Below, one piece after another: positions 34,332 through 44,400 of a stretch of 64,000 nt of DNA. How positions within the stretch are numbered: position 1 is the stretch's first letter; every line of letters starts with the position of its first letter. This DNA is from an uncultured Verrucomicrobiae bacterium (GTDB taxonomy: Bacteria; Chlamydiota; Chlamydiia; Chlamydiales; Rhabdochlamydiaceae): contig CAWDYW010000003.1 in assembly GCA_963806855.1 (NCBI GenBank), positions 384,001 through 448,000 on the forward strand. Direction: 5' to 3'. Both the position numbers and the translations under genes were made by a program. The notes below the pieces were generated by a model. The model was not told where the DNA came from. It made no database searches and worked only from the letters and a program-made list of their open reading frames with translations.

Positions 34332-35285
34332 ATGAACCATATATCATTTGATCTAGTATCTTTATTTTGGAATCGTGGGATCAACGAATCTCCTCAGGGA
34401 GCTGATCAGCTCAATAGTGAGCCCACCGAAGGCCGAATCTCTCGCTTATACAGGTCAATATTTTCGCCTTGCAGTTATAAAGAATACACCTTATCTGATG
34501 GCAAAAAATATAAAGGGGAATGGAAAGCCGGCAAGCCACATGGAAGAGGAATTCTTAGGCTTTCTAATGGTAATGTCCTCTTCGGGAAATTCCATAATGG
34601 TAAAATACATGGAAATGTAAGCCTATTTTGTGAGGACGGCAAAACCTATTTTGGGGAATACCGAGATAGCAAACGAAATGGACATGGAACTCTCTACTCT
34701 TCTGATGGCACTAAACGATATGAAGGCGAGTTCAAAGATGACAGGGCAAATGGACGAGGAACTGACTACTTCCCTGATGGCACTAAACAATATGAAGGCG
34801 AGTTCAAAGATGGCCTTCGAAATGGACGAGGAACTTTCTACAACCCTAATGGCGCTAAACAATATGAAGGCGAGTTCAAAGATGGCTTATCAAATGGACG
34901 AGGAACTGAATACCGCGATAATGGCACTAAACAATATGAAGGCGAGTTCAAATACGGCAACCGATATGGACGAGGAACTGAATACCGCGATAATGGCACT
35001 AAACGATACGAAGGCGAGTTCAAAGATGACAAGGCAAATGGACGAGGAACTGAATACCGCGTTAATGGCACTAAACAATATGAAGGCGAGTTCAAATACG
35101 GCAACCGATATGGACGAGGAACTGAATACCGCGATAATGGCACTAAACTTGAAGGCGAATACATAGTTAACCGCCCTCATGGAATTTTCATCAGGACTGA
35201 CACAGATCACCGAAGGTATCGGGCTGAACTTCAATATGGGCAACAAATGGGGGGTTGGCGGCCGGAAGAAGCCCAACCTAATTAG
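34332..35285 (+). CDS. MORN-repeat protein 3
   Basis: Same N-terminus; MORN repeats. Confidence 0.9.
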   Translation: MNHISFDLVSLFWNRGINESPQGADQLNSEPTEGRISRLYRSIFSPCSYKEYTLSDGKKYKGEWKAGKPHGRGILRLSNGNVLFGKFHNGKIHGNVSLFCEDGKTYFGEYRDSKRNGHGTLYSSDGTKRYEGEFKDDRANGRGTDYFPDGTKQYEGEFKDGLRNGRGTFYNPNGAKQYEGEFKDGLSNGRGTEYRDNGTKQYEGEFKYGNRYGRGTEYRDNGTKRYEGEFKDDKANGRGTEYRVNGTKQYEGEFKYGNRYGRGTEYRDNGTKLEGEYIVNRPHGIFIRTDTDHRRYRAELQYGQQMGGWRPEEAQPN

Positions 35286-35356
35286 TGTGATGTAAAATAA
35301 ATTTTTTAATCTTTAGGCTCCATCAAAGGATTGTTCTTAAAAAAATTAATCTCTAT

Positions 35357-35385
35357 TTGTTGAAAACGGGCGGAACCGGTACAAT
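35357..35385 (+). promoter_or_regulatory. Putative sigma70/sigma66 promoter TTGTTG-N17-TACAAT
   Basis: Exact 17-bp spacing; -10 ends 28 nt before ATG 35414; lies within repeat copy 4. Confidence 0.55.
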
Positions 35386-35413
35386 TGAACCTTCCATGAT
35401 TTAAGGTGGGTCC

Positions 35414-37456
35414 ATGCTCAGTTTCTTTCGCAAGTACCAAAAAGGGTTCTTCTTTGTAGTCACGTTTTTTATCGTGATCTCATTCGTGTTTTTCGGAACA
35501 TATGGCGCTTTCACAAAAGGCGAGGAGCTCCCTGATCGGGAGATTGGTCGTCTTGTCGATGGCTCAGCGCTGAAGGAGCAAAAACTTTATGCCCTCATGC
35601 GCCTATTGCAATATGGGGCAGAAGAGGGGGGACACAATGTCAACTTGCTCTCCGATAGCATGGTCCATCGCGATCTCATTCTGTCCGGTTTAGGGGAAAT
35701 GATTGCGGAGCACCACTTTGATGAGATTAAAGAGGAGCTCTCTGCTAGATGGAAACGTGCCAAGCACTATAGTCCCTATGTTCACCCTTATAATTCTGCC
35801 ATCAGCGCAAAAAATATCTGGTCACAGTACTGCCCCAAGCTACTTGTGCTTCTCGAAGAGCTGAAAAAAGCGCCTGAGGAATTCTCTAAAGAGCAGCTGC
35901 CGCTATTGTTCGAGCTGTATGTCGCCCAAGCTGATTTTCCCCCTCCTCTCCTTCATCAGATGCTCTACTACCAGCAAGGCCAACAGACACGTCCAGATCC
36001 TGGATTGCCACAGGCTAACGTCGCTTTGTTCGGATTTGACTCGGTCTCCGATTGGTTTGGCGAGAAATTTGTCGAAGAGGTGGGTAAGCTGGTCCTCAAT
36101 TGCGCCTGCATCGCTCGTGAAGAGGGGTATAAGGTGAGCAAGGAAGAGGCGAAAATCGATCTTTATTCTAATGTCTATCGAGGACTAAAGGCTTATAGTC
36201 AGGGGAATACACCCACAAATGAAGAGGCTCAAAAGGTCTTCAGTCAACAGATCCGGATGATCGGATTGGATGAGAACCAGGCCACAAACCTCTGGCGTGA
36301 GGTGCTCCATTTCCGCCGGATGTTGGGTGAGGTGGGCAATGCGGTTTTTGTCGATAGCTTGGCCTATAACCAGTTTAAAAGCTTTGCCAAGCCTGCGCAG
36401 CGGATTTGTCGCTACTCGCTTCCCCAGAATCTGCAGTTTGCCAATTTCCGCGAAATGATCAAGTTCCAGCGCTATTTAGAGATCGTAGCTGTTGGTGACT
36501 TTGTCGATCTTCCCAAGAGTTTACGCAAAGCTGAAGAGGTGATGAACTCTCATCCAGAATTGGTCTATAAGGAGTTTGAGCTCGAAGTGGCGACAGCGAC
36601 TAAGGATGATGCCGCAGCTCAAGTGAGCCTGAAAGAGACTTGGAAATGGGAAGGAGAAAACTTCGATCTGCTTAGAAAGGAATTTCCAAGCATTGTCAAT
36701 TGCAAATCGGAAGAATTCGAAGCGAGAATGAATGCACTTGACAAATTAGATGAAGTGACCCGCTTTAAAGTCGATCAATTTGCTCGCGGCGCCATTGTCG
36801 AAGCTGATGGCAGCCGAATCGATGAGGCGCTGAAACATGCTCGAGGAGAGACAAAGAATGTGAAAGTGGCCCTTGGAAAATTGGACAATTTTTTTTCTGG
36901 CCAGCATTTCTTAGCTCTTCTTGAAGTCGAAGATCCAGCTCTTGCCCGCTTCAGCGTCGATGGGGAAGTCTTCTATTCGATACGAGTATTGGAAAAAGGA
37001 AAAGGATGGAAGCTGTTTTCATTTGAAGAGGCCGATATGGACCGGCTCCTCGATAAATTCCTGCTCACTGCCTATAAGGAAACAAGCGATCAGGTGGCTG
37101 CTAAGATGTATGCCGATGTGCTTAAGTCGATCGATATCAAGACAAATCAGCTCGACGAATATGCCAAACATCGATTCGATCGGTATCTGACTTCGATGCG
37201 CAAATTGGCGATCGAAAACCCTGCCGCTTTTGAACAAGCTCAAGATGGCATGTGGGCCCTTGTCGTGCGCGAAGAGACTGTCAATGAGCCTACTTTGGCC
37301 GTTGGGGAGTTTTCACCGGTGAAAGATGGCCAATTTTTTAAACTGCTTGAGATCGTCGAAAACAGCGCGACCGATTCTGAGATCGCCTCGGTGAAAGAGC
37401 ATCTTAAACGGGATGCAGAGCAAGAGCTAATGCGCAAATTGTTAAAAAGGCTCTAA
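35414..37456 (+). CDS. Conserved chlamydial membrane-anchored protein (CT283-like)
   Basis: MLSFFRKYQK followed by TM helix; position between lplA and gcvH matches recalled chlamydial synteny. Confidence 0.65.
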   Translation: MLSFFRKYQKGFFFVVTFFIVISFVFFGTYGAFTKGEELPDREIGRLVDGSALKEQKLYALMRLLQYGAEEGGHNVNLLSDSMVHRDLILSGLGEMIAEHHFDEIKEELSARWKRAKHYSPYVHPYNSAISAKNIWSQYCPKLLVLLEELKKAPEEFSKEQLPLLFELYVAQADFPPPLLHQMLYYQQGQQTRPDPGLPQANVALFGFDSVSDWFGEKFVEEVGKLVLNCACIAREEGYKVSKEEAKIDLYSNVYRGLKAYSQGNTPTNEEAQKVFSQQIRMIGLDENQATNLWREVLHFRRMLGEVGNAVFVDSLAYNQFKSFAKPAQRICRYSLPQNLQFANFREMIKFQRYLEIVAVGDFVDLPKSLRKAEEVMNSHPELVYKEFELEVATATKDDAAAQVSLKETWKWEGENFDLLRKEFPSIVNCKSEEFEARMNALDKLDEVTRFKVDQFARGAIVEADGSRIDEALKHARGETKNVKVALGKLDNFFSGQHFLALLEVEDPALARFSVDGEVFYSIRVLEKGKGWKLFSFEEADMDRLLDKFLLTAYKETSDQVAAKMYADVLKSIDIKTNQLDEYAKHRFDRYLTSMRKLAIENPAAFEQAQDGMWALVVREETVNEPTLAVGEFSPVKDGQFFKLLEIVENSATDSEIASVKEHLKRDAEQELMRKLLKRL

Positions 37457-38049
37457 TGGAAGAGAATCTCGACCATATTTCCCCGATTCTGCCGATCGAT
37501 TTTTTCAGCGCGCAAATCGATTTATTCGAGGTGGAAAAGGGGATGCTGAAAAAAAAGCATGTTCTTCCCGATTTCTCTGATCTCCTCTCGGAAGACCGTT
37601 TTGCTGATGTCGCGATGGGATGGGAGCAGAAGGGGCTCCACTTTGCAATCGACATGCATCATCCATATGCCGATGGGGATAGTGTCGAGCTTCTCATCGA
37701 CACGCGCGATCTTAAAACAGCAGGTTTTCTGACCCGTTTTTGCCACTATTTTCTGATCGAGGGGAGCACGGCACAAGAGCTCACGACGTTTCGAACCGAC
37801 GACAAGCATGAGCTCTGTGATTCAAGTTTGATTGAAGTGAAGAATACCTCTCAGAAGAAAAATTATTCCTTAACTATCTTTATCCCTGCCGAGTGTCTGC
37901 ACGGATATGATCCCTCTTCGTTCGATCGACTGGGCTTTACCTACCGGATCAACCGCTCTGGAGGGAATCCACAACATTTCGTTCTCTCTTCCGACACCTA
38001 TGCCATTGAAAAAGAGCCTAGCCTCTGGAGCTCACTTCTTTTCAAATAG
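37456..38049 (+). CDS. Conserved hypothetical protein (possible CBM9/DOMON-like fold)
   Basis: DSVELLIDTRD..TRFCHYF..IPAECLHGYDP; translationally coupled to upstream gene. Confidence 0.6.
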   Translation: MEENLDHISPILPIDFFSAQIDLFEVEKGMLKKKHVLPDFSDLLSEDRFADVAMGWEQKGLHFAIDMHHPYADGDSVELLIDTRDLKTAGFLTRFCHYFLIEGSTAQELTTFRTDDKHELCDSSLIEVKNTSQKKNYSLTIFIPAECLHGYDPSSFDRLGFTYRINRSGGNPQHFVLSSDTYAIEKEPSLWSSLLFK

Positions 38050-39210
38050 AGTATAGTCAAGTGGCGGAGTTGGACTTAATTCAAGGGGCTCAGTATCAGC
38101 CCGCTGAATCTCTGGCGCCTTGCCTGGGATCATCGTGGCGACAACGGCCGTCACATTATCGGTGCTCTTTTTAGTTTTTAAGGCATACTCCACCGCAATT
38201 TTGGCAAAATCGGCGTTCGGATCTAGCCAATTCGTTGCGAATAGATCTTGAAGTTCTTGTATCGATGCGAAATCAAATAATCCATCGCAAGCGCAGAGGA
38301 TACGATCTCCCGGTTTGAGTTGAAGTCGTGAACAGACCGGCGTATGGGTTAGGGCAGTTTGGCCACGCACTTTGGCCTGGTGATCGGCTAAAGTGCTCGC
38401 AAGGTTAAGCCCGGCAAAGCGCCGCTCTTTTCCTTGAAGTTTTTCCCATTCTGCAAACTCTTCCGCTGTCAGAATCTGCCTGACCCTCTCTATACATTCC
38501 GGTGTATCCCAATTGATGATCGGCGACATCGGAATCGCGTACACGCAGCCTTTGTGCTCACGGAAGACGACAATTTTAGAATCGCCAATGTTGCCGACGT
38601 TTAAAATCCCGTTTATCTTTTCGATAAAAGCGATCGCCGCAGTTGTCCCGGCAACGATATTTTTAGGAAGCTCCTCATGGGTCTTTTCAGCCCAGGTTTC
38701 ACATGCAGATTGAAAATGAAAATTGTCGGAGTGAAATTGCTTAATCAGACCTTCTCTTGCAGAGTTCACGACCTCTGTTGCCATTCTGAGCCCATCTGTT
38801 TCCTCTCCACGGCGTAACTTTTTTTTAGGAGGTGAATGCCCATCACAAACGAGAATCAACGTTCCAAGTGGTCCAGATTCTACAAGGTGTCTGTCCTCCA
38901 TTGAGGGACGAATATCCCCTTTCTCTGAGCAATCGGTCGATTCTACGTGAAATTGTTCTAATAATCGCTTCTTTGAGAAAAGAGAGTTGTCTCTAATAAG
39001 CCCATGGTCTTGATCGGCCTTAAGTCGGTTGGCATCGAGTTTAGCGGCAGGCCCATGCGTCAGAGGTGGGATAGTGTGAAGGAACCTGGGGTCGAGCGTG
39101 CCGAGAGTAAAACTTCTTGGGGATAAATTAGTTGCATCGTCTTCCCCAAGCAACGGTGCTGAATTATGGTGTTGAAAAGGATCAGGTGAAGGTGCGGGAC
39201 TTATTTCCAT
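38032..39210 (-). CDS. PP2C-family phosphatase with Pro/Ser-rich N-terminal extension
   Basis: RPSMEDRH, CDGH, GTTA, NIGDS, ACDGL, DNVT; GAGGT SD. Confidence 0.88.
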   Translation of the reverse strand: MEISPAPSPDPFQHHNSAPLLGEDDATNLSPRSFTLGTLDPRFLHTIPPLTHGPAAKLDANRLKADQDHGLIRDNSLFSKKRLLEQFHVESTDCSEKGDIRPSMEDRHLVESGPLGTLILVCDGHSPPKKKLRRGEETDGLRMATEVVNSAREGLIKQFHSDNFHFQSACETWAEKTHEELPKNIVAGTTAAIAFIEKINGILNVGNIGDSKIVVFREHKGCVYAIPMSPIINWDTPECIERVRQILTAEEFAEWEKLQGKERRFAGLNLASTLADHQAKVRGQTALTHTPVCSRLQLKPGDRILCACDGLFDFASIQELQDLFATNWLDPNADFAKIAVEYALKTKKSTDNVTAVVATMIPGKAPEIQRADTEPLELSPTPPLDYTLFEKK

Positions 39211-39275
39211 AGATACCTCCTATGATTTGAGAAAATGATAGCATAATCGAGAAATTTCGTGTAAAATCGGGGCTT

Positions 39276-39635
39276 ATGAGATACACAGAATCACATGAAT
39301 GGATCGCTGTTAAAAATAGTTCTGGTAGGGTAGGGATTTCGTCCTACGCACAGGAAGAACTAGGAGACGTGGTCTATATTCAACTCCCGAAAATTGGACA
39401 GAAAGTCGAAGCTGGAGAAGAGGTCGCGATCCTCGAATCGACCAAAGCGGCCGCCGATATCTATAGTCCTGTCTCGGGTGTGATTGCAGCTGTCAATCAA
39501 AAACTGTTAGAAACGATTAATTTACTCAATATTTCCCCCGAGCAAGAGGGGTGGCTCTATGAAATTGCTTTATCTGATCCATCTGAACTTGACACCTTGC
39601 TCGATGAAGAGCAGTATCATCAGATGATTTCTTAA
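39276..39635 (+). CDS. gcvH: Glycine cleavage system H protein
   Basis: YTESHEW, AQEELGDVVY, lipoyl-Lys in ESTKAA, SPVSG, GWL. Confidence 0.95.
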   Translation: MRYTESHEWIAVKNSSGRVGISSYAQEELGDVVYIQLPKIGQKVEAGEEVAILESTKAAADIYSPVSGVIAAVNQKLLETINLLNISPEQEGWLYEIALSDPSELDTLLDEEQYHQMIS

Positions 39636-39830
39636 GAGTAATTAATAGTGCCCAAAAAATATACGCGTAAGTGAAGATTCATCCCCACAAAGGGCACATT
39701 TTCACCTAGTAAGTTGGGTTAATAGTCACTTATCACTGGGCAGAGGTTAAAAAAACTTGATTTTACAGAAGGATATGGTAAAATCTTTCCATCTGGCAGC
39801 AGTAAAAATAAATCAAAATGGTAATAGATA

Positions 39831-41318
39831 TTGAGAACAGTTAAGCGTAAAACTTTACAACCTAATGCGAAAAAACGGATTGCTCTCTATGAACTATGCC
39901 GTAGGTATACCCATGAAAAACAGTATTGGCTTCACCGTTTCCAAGCCTGGGACTTCCAAGCTCTTTTAGGCAGATCTCGTACTATCCGTGACATGATGAT
40001 CAAACAAGGTTATATATCTTGCCTTGGATTACAAGCTCGTCATTGGAAACTTGCCCTTGAAGATGCAGCAGAAACTTGGAACAAGTACTGGCAAGCCACC
40101 TTTGTTAAAGTCCGCTCAAAGATAGCTCGCCGCAAAGATCTCTCCGAGACAGAGCGACATTACGCCCATTGGCTCCTAAAGAGCTATACACCATTTGCAG
40201 CAATGATGCAAGGAAACAGCCCTGATCCTTCCTTCCCAATCGAAAAATCTGATAAAAGGCGCGTTGCAGGATATGTACGAAGACTCATCAGAGAGTGCAA
40301 AGGGAAACCTCCGATGGTTAAAAAATGTAGAAGCGTTCGATTTGATGCCAATTGTTACGATGTGTTTGAAGAAAAGGGGCGCCAATACATCAAACTCATG
40401 TCCCTTACACCAGGCAAACGGATTTGTATACCCCTCTGCGGCAAAACAACTATTTCCGGCACAATCACACTCGTCATGACAGAGGACAACGCTGATCTTC
40501 ACGTACCACAAGAATTAAAAAAGAAAACGCTTCCTAGAACACCCCCAGAGGCGGTTGACTTTGGCTATACCGAAGTGATGACAGATACCCAAGGAACTCG
40601 CTATGGAACGCAATTTGGCACAACTCTCACCAAAAGTTCAGATGCTCTGTCATGAAAAGATGCAAAAAACGGCACAAACTGCACTCCCTTGAGAAAAAAC
40701 AGAGAAATTCCAATCCGGAAAAAGCAGACGGCTTCAAAAATACAATCTTGGAACAGAAAAAACAGCATTCCAAATGCAAACGAGTCAAAGCTACATCTAG
40801 AAAAAGAAATCAATACCGCCATCAATCAACTCATCCAAACTAAAAAGCCCTCCATCTTAGTCACAGAAGATTTACGACATGCCTTCACATATGACAAGCC
40901 CAAGCAAGTGAACAGAAGATTATCCTCTTGGATGAGAGGCAAACTACAAGATCGAGTTAGCTTTTAAAGCGTTGGCGGAAGGTTTCCGTCATGAGCAGGT
41001 CAATCCGGCCTATGGATCTCAAAGCTGTCCCATTCTGCGAATTTGTGGATCATACGAAATCGCAACGAAGATAGTTTTAAGTGTCTACATTGTGGACATG
41101 AGGACATATCAGATCGGGTTGCCGCATTGAACTATGCCAGAAGATTTGGCGATCCTGAGATCGGACGGTATACGCCTTACCGTCAAGTAAAAACCATTCT
41201 TCTGAACAGGTTCCATCGCCGATTGGAAACGGGGCAACCCGTGACTGTTCCGGGCAGGACTCTAGAAACCGTAGTAGGGATGCATCCACCATCCCTATCG
41301 AGACTGAAAATGTCATAG
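39831..41318 (+). mobile_element. tnpB: TnpB-like RuvC/zinc-ribbon nuclease (IS200/IS605- or IS607-related), several frameshifts; no tnpA seen
   Basis: RuvC-I AVDFG, RuvC-II VTEDL, VNPAYGSQSCP, FKCLHCG, RuvC-III DRVAALN across ORFs 39831, 40689 and 41043. Confidence 0.85.
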
Positions 41319-41410
41319 CCGGAAGAGAGAAATCTCGCAAAAACCGGACGGTCAATCAGAGAGCGAAACAAAAATAAACACGTTTTAACACGTTTTTAGG
41401 AACAGGTCCT

Positions 41411-44400
41411 ATGCGGCGCAAATCGTTAATTATTATTCCCCTTATTTTATGTGCAGCCCTATTCTTCCTGCGGCATCAAATTGTCGTGATGGGAACAAAG
41501 GTCTGTTTAAATAAAACATTTGAACAGAATGTGGGCTTTAAAGATGTCTCCGCCCGAAAAGGAAAGGTAATTGTCGAGGGGCTTCAAGTCCGTGACAAGC
41601 AGATGCTTTTAGTGGTCGAGGAGATGGAATTTGGTCTCAATTTCCGCAAAGTGCTCGCCCATCCAAAAGGATTTATCTCGCTCTGCCGCAATGGCATCAC
41701 CAACTGGAACGAAGCGCTGATTGCTCTGAAGCGGTATGGAAATGGGTTGAATATTCAGAATGGGGTGCTACAGCTCGAAGGGGAGAGGTATTACTTCCAA
41801 TTTGAGAATGGGAACCTGGCGATCAGCCACGACCCCAGTTTGAAAAATCATCCCTTCTTAGAGGCCTATATCCATACTAGGAAGCAGCAGGTGAGCGTCG
41901 ACCTGACGGTGCAAAATGTCCCAAGCCAGCGTCTATTGCGCCTAGCCTCGTTTCTTGCGCCGGCGTATCTGTCTGATATGCATGAAGCGCAAGGGCAGAT
42001 CGAGCTCAAAGCGCATGCAGTCTTTAAAAAAGATGGGGAATTAGCCGAACTGTCGACCCGCTTTGGATTGGAGAATTTTCAGCTCTTCTATCCCAGAATG
42101 GAGATTGCTCTTCAGACGAAAAAGTTGATTGGCGCTGTGAATTATCCGAAAGGAGATGGGGATTTGCCTCTCTGGAAAAAAATGGAGTGTAAGGCCCTTT
42201 TAGAAAAGGGTAGTCTCATCTGGGGAGAAAAATTGGCCCTCTCTAATTTGAATGGAAATCTCAGCCTTGATCCCAATGTCGATCCCTCTCTCTTTATCAA
42301 AGGGGAATTGGCAGACGAGGGAAGATCGTTGCAACTTCAGCTCGAAGGAAAAGGGGCTGTCCACGAGACCCAGGCCTATTGGCTCGAATTCGGCTTAAGC
42401 CTCAATAACCGGCAAGGAACCGAGTGTGGAGCGTTCCTCTCCATTTGCCGTCCCCAAGCAGATGACTTGGTTGTGCAATTGGAAGCCGACAATCTTCTAG
42501 CCGGGCAAGTTGCCATGCTCAAAGACTACTTTGCCAAATCGCTCCCAAGGCTGAAAGAGTGGGAAGTGAAAGAGGGGAGCGTTGGAGGCAAACTGGTCGC
42601 CCTGTTTGAAAAAGGGGAGCTGGCCCATTTTGAAGTGCAGGATCTCGTGGGGAAAAATATTGTCCTCGCCTCGACTTCCAAGAAGGAGCCGCTCTGTTTC
42701 TCCAGCATCCGCGGAGAAGGGAGACTTTTCGATACCTTCAACTTAGAATTGGATCTTCCCGCGCCCGATCTCTTCTCCTTTGTCTCGCCCGAGTTCAAAG
42801 AAGCCTACGCCAACTACCGCTATGACGACATGGCCCATCTCTCGATGACAATGAAGTTTGGTCGCAAAGAGGTCGAAACCTCGGCCCACGTCGATTTCAT
42901 CCAGCAGAATCAATCGGTTCAATTTGGTTATAAGAGCAAGACGGCTTTCCCTGCTTCGATTCAGGAAATTTCAGAAGGGTGGCTGCACAGCGATCGCCTC
43001 ACCCATATGGTCTACGGTCCCTTTGTCAAGCTTGCTAATGAAGATCTCCAGCTCTATGGCACGATCGATTTGACAGCTTCCTATGATGGAAAACAGATCG
43101 ATTGTACGCTCCAAATTGACGAATTCCTCGCCAAGCACCCCCTTCTTGATTTCAAAGTGGCCGCAATCGGCGAGAAAGGGAAAACACAAGGGCGGGCTAA
43201 ATTCACCTACGATCTCGGATCGAAGATGATCAGCGGAAGCCTGCCAATTCGCGAGGGGCAAGCCTATGATCGGGCGAATGGGATTCGCTTCCAGGATCTG
43301 TCGGCCGACTTAACCCTCACCTCGAATCTGGTCAAAGGACAAGTGACTAATTCGACGGTTCTCTACGACCAATTGGAACTCTTAAGAGAGGCTAAATTCG
43401 ATTTCATCTACGGAGAAACCCTCTCTCTCTCCTCCCTTTTTGCCAAAATTTCCCTCCCAAGCACAGCTGAATTCTATCTTTCAGCGGACAAAATCGACAG
43501 CAATTCATCCGATTTCCGCTTGCTGCAAGGTAAAGAGGAACTGGCCCATTTTGTCGGCACAAAAGGGGAAATCTGGAACGGCACGCTCAATGTTAAGCCT
43601 CTTAAAGAGAACTTCGAGATCAAATTTGCTTACGATCCACGGACCGAAAATGCGATCCTCGATGCAGCTGGCGAGGGGATCCATCTTTTCTGCAAAAAAC
43701 AGGGAGTCGACTATGTGCTTGAGAAACTCGATCTCAAAGATCTCTCTTTGAAAGGGGTGATCGCCAAAGCAGAGAACGGATTTACCTTATCGAGCTTTGA
43801 GGTGCAGCGTCCGAATGTAACCCTGCGCGGCGCAGGAACAATTGCCCTCGACTTGCCTCAAGCAGATCAAGATTTTGGCCTTCGGAGCGATCTGGCCCTT
43901 GAGGTCGATATGGCTGCTCCCTTTCCGGTTCTGTTGAAGACGACCCGCGCGTTCAAGCTTGCCTATTCTCCTCAGATCGGGTTCATCCTCTCCGACCTCG
44001 ATTTGGCCGGAGCTGGCTGTCAGCTCAACATTGGCCAGCTCGAATATACAAAAGGGGGAGAGCACACAGTTGCCAACAAATGCAGCTTTAAAGTGTCTGA
44101 TGAAGCAGTCTCCCGTTTTTGCACCGAGGGGGCCCTTCCTCAATTCTTGCGCGATTTTAAACTCTTCAAGTCGCTCTCTGGACAGGTTAATTATTCCAAC
44201 CTAAAAGGGAAAACCACCGTCGAGGGGATGATTTCTTCCCATCACGTTTCTCTTGAGTGGAAAGATCAGGCTGGCGAATTTGCCTTTGGGACCGAAGAGG
44301 ACAAACTCCTCTTTCAGCTCCATCGGGACCAAGAGGGATTCCATCTCGATGGGATCAAGGGAAACTTTGGCGGGCTGATGGCCGACCTAAAAAAGCAGGG

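Noticed and set aside
31063..35285. Tandem ~70-bp repeats as a CRISPR array; long alternative-frame ORFs (MKASSKM...)
   Set aside because: The repeats are codon-phased MORN units without unique spacers, and no cas genes are present. The alternative ORFs are shadows of the repeats.
39831..41318. Cas12f / type V CRISPR effector
   Set aside because: No repeat-spacer array is adjacent.
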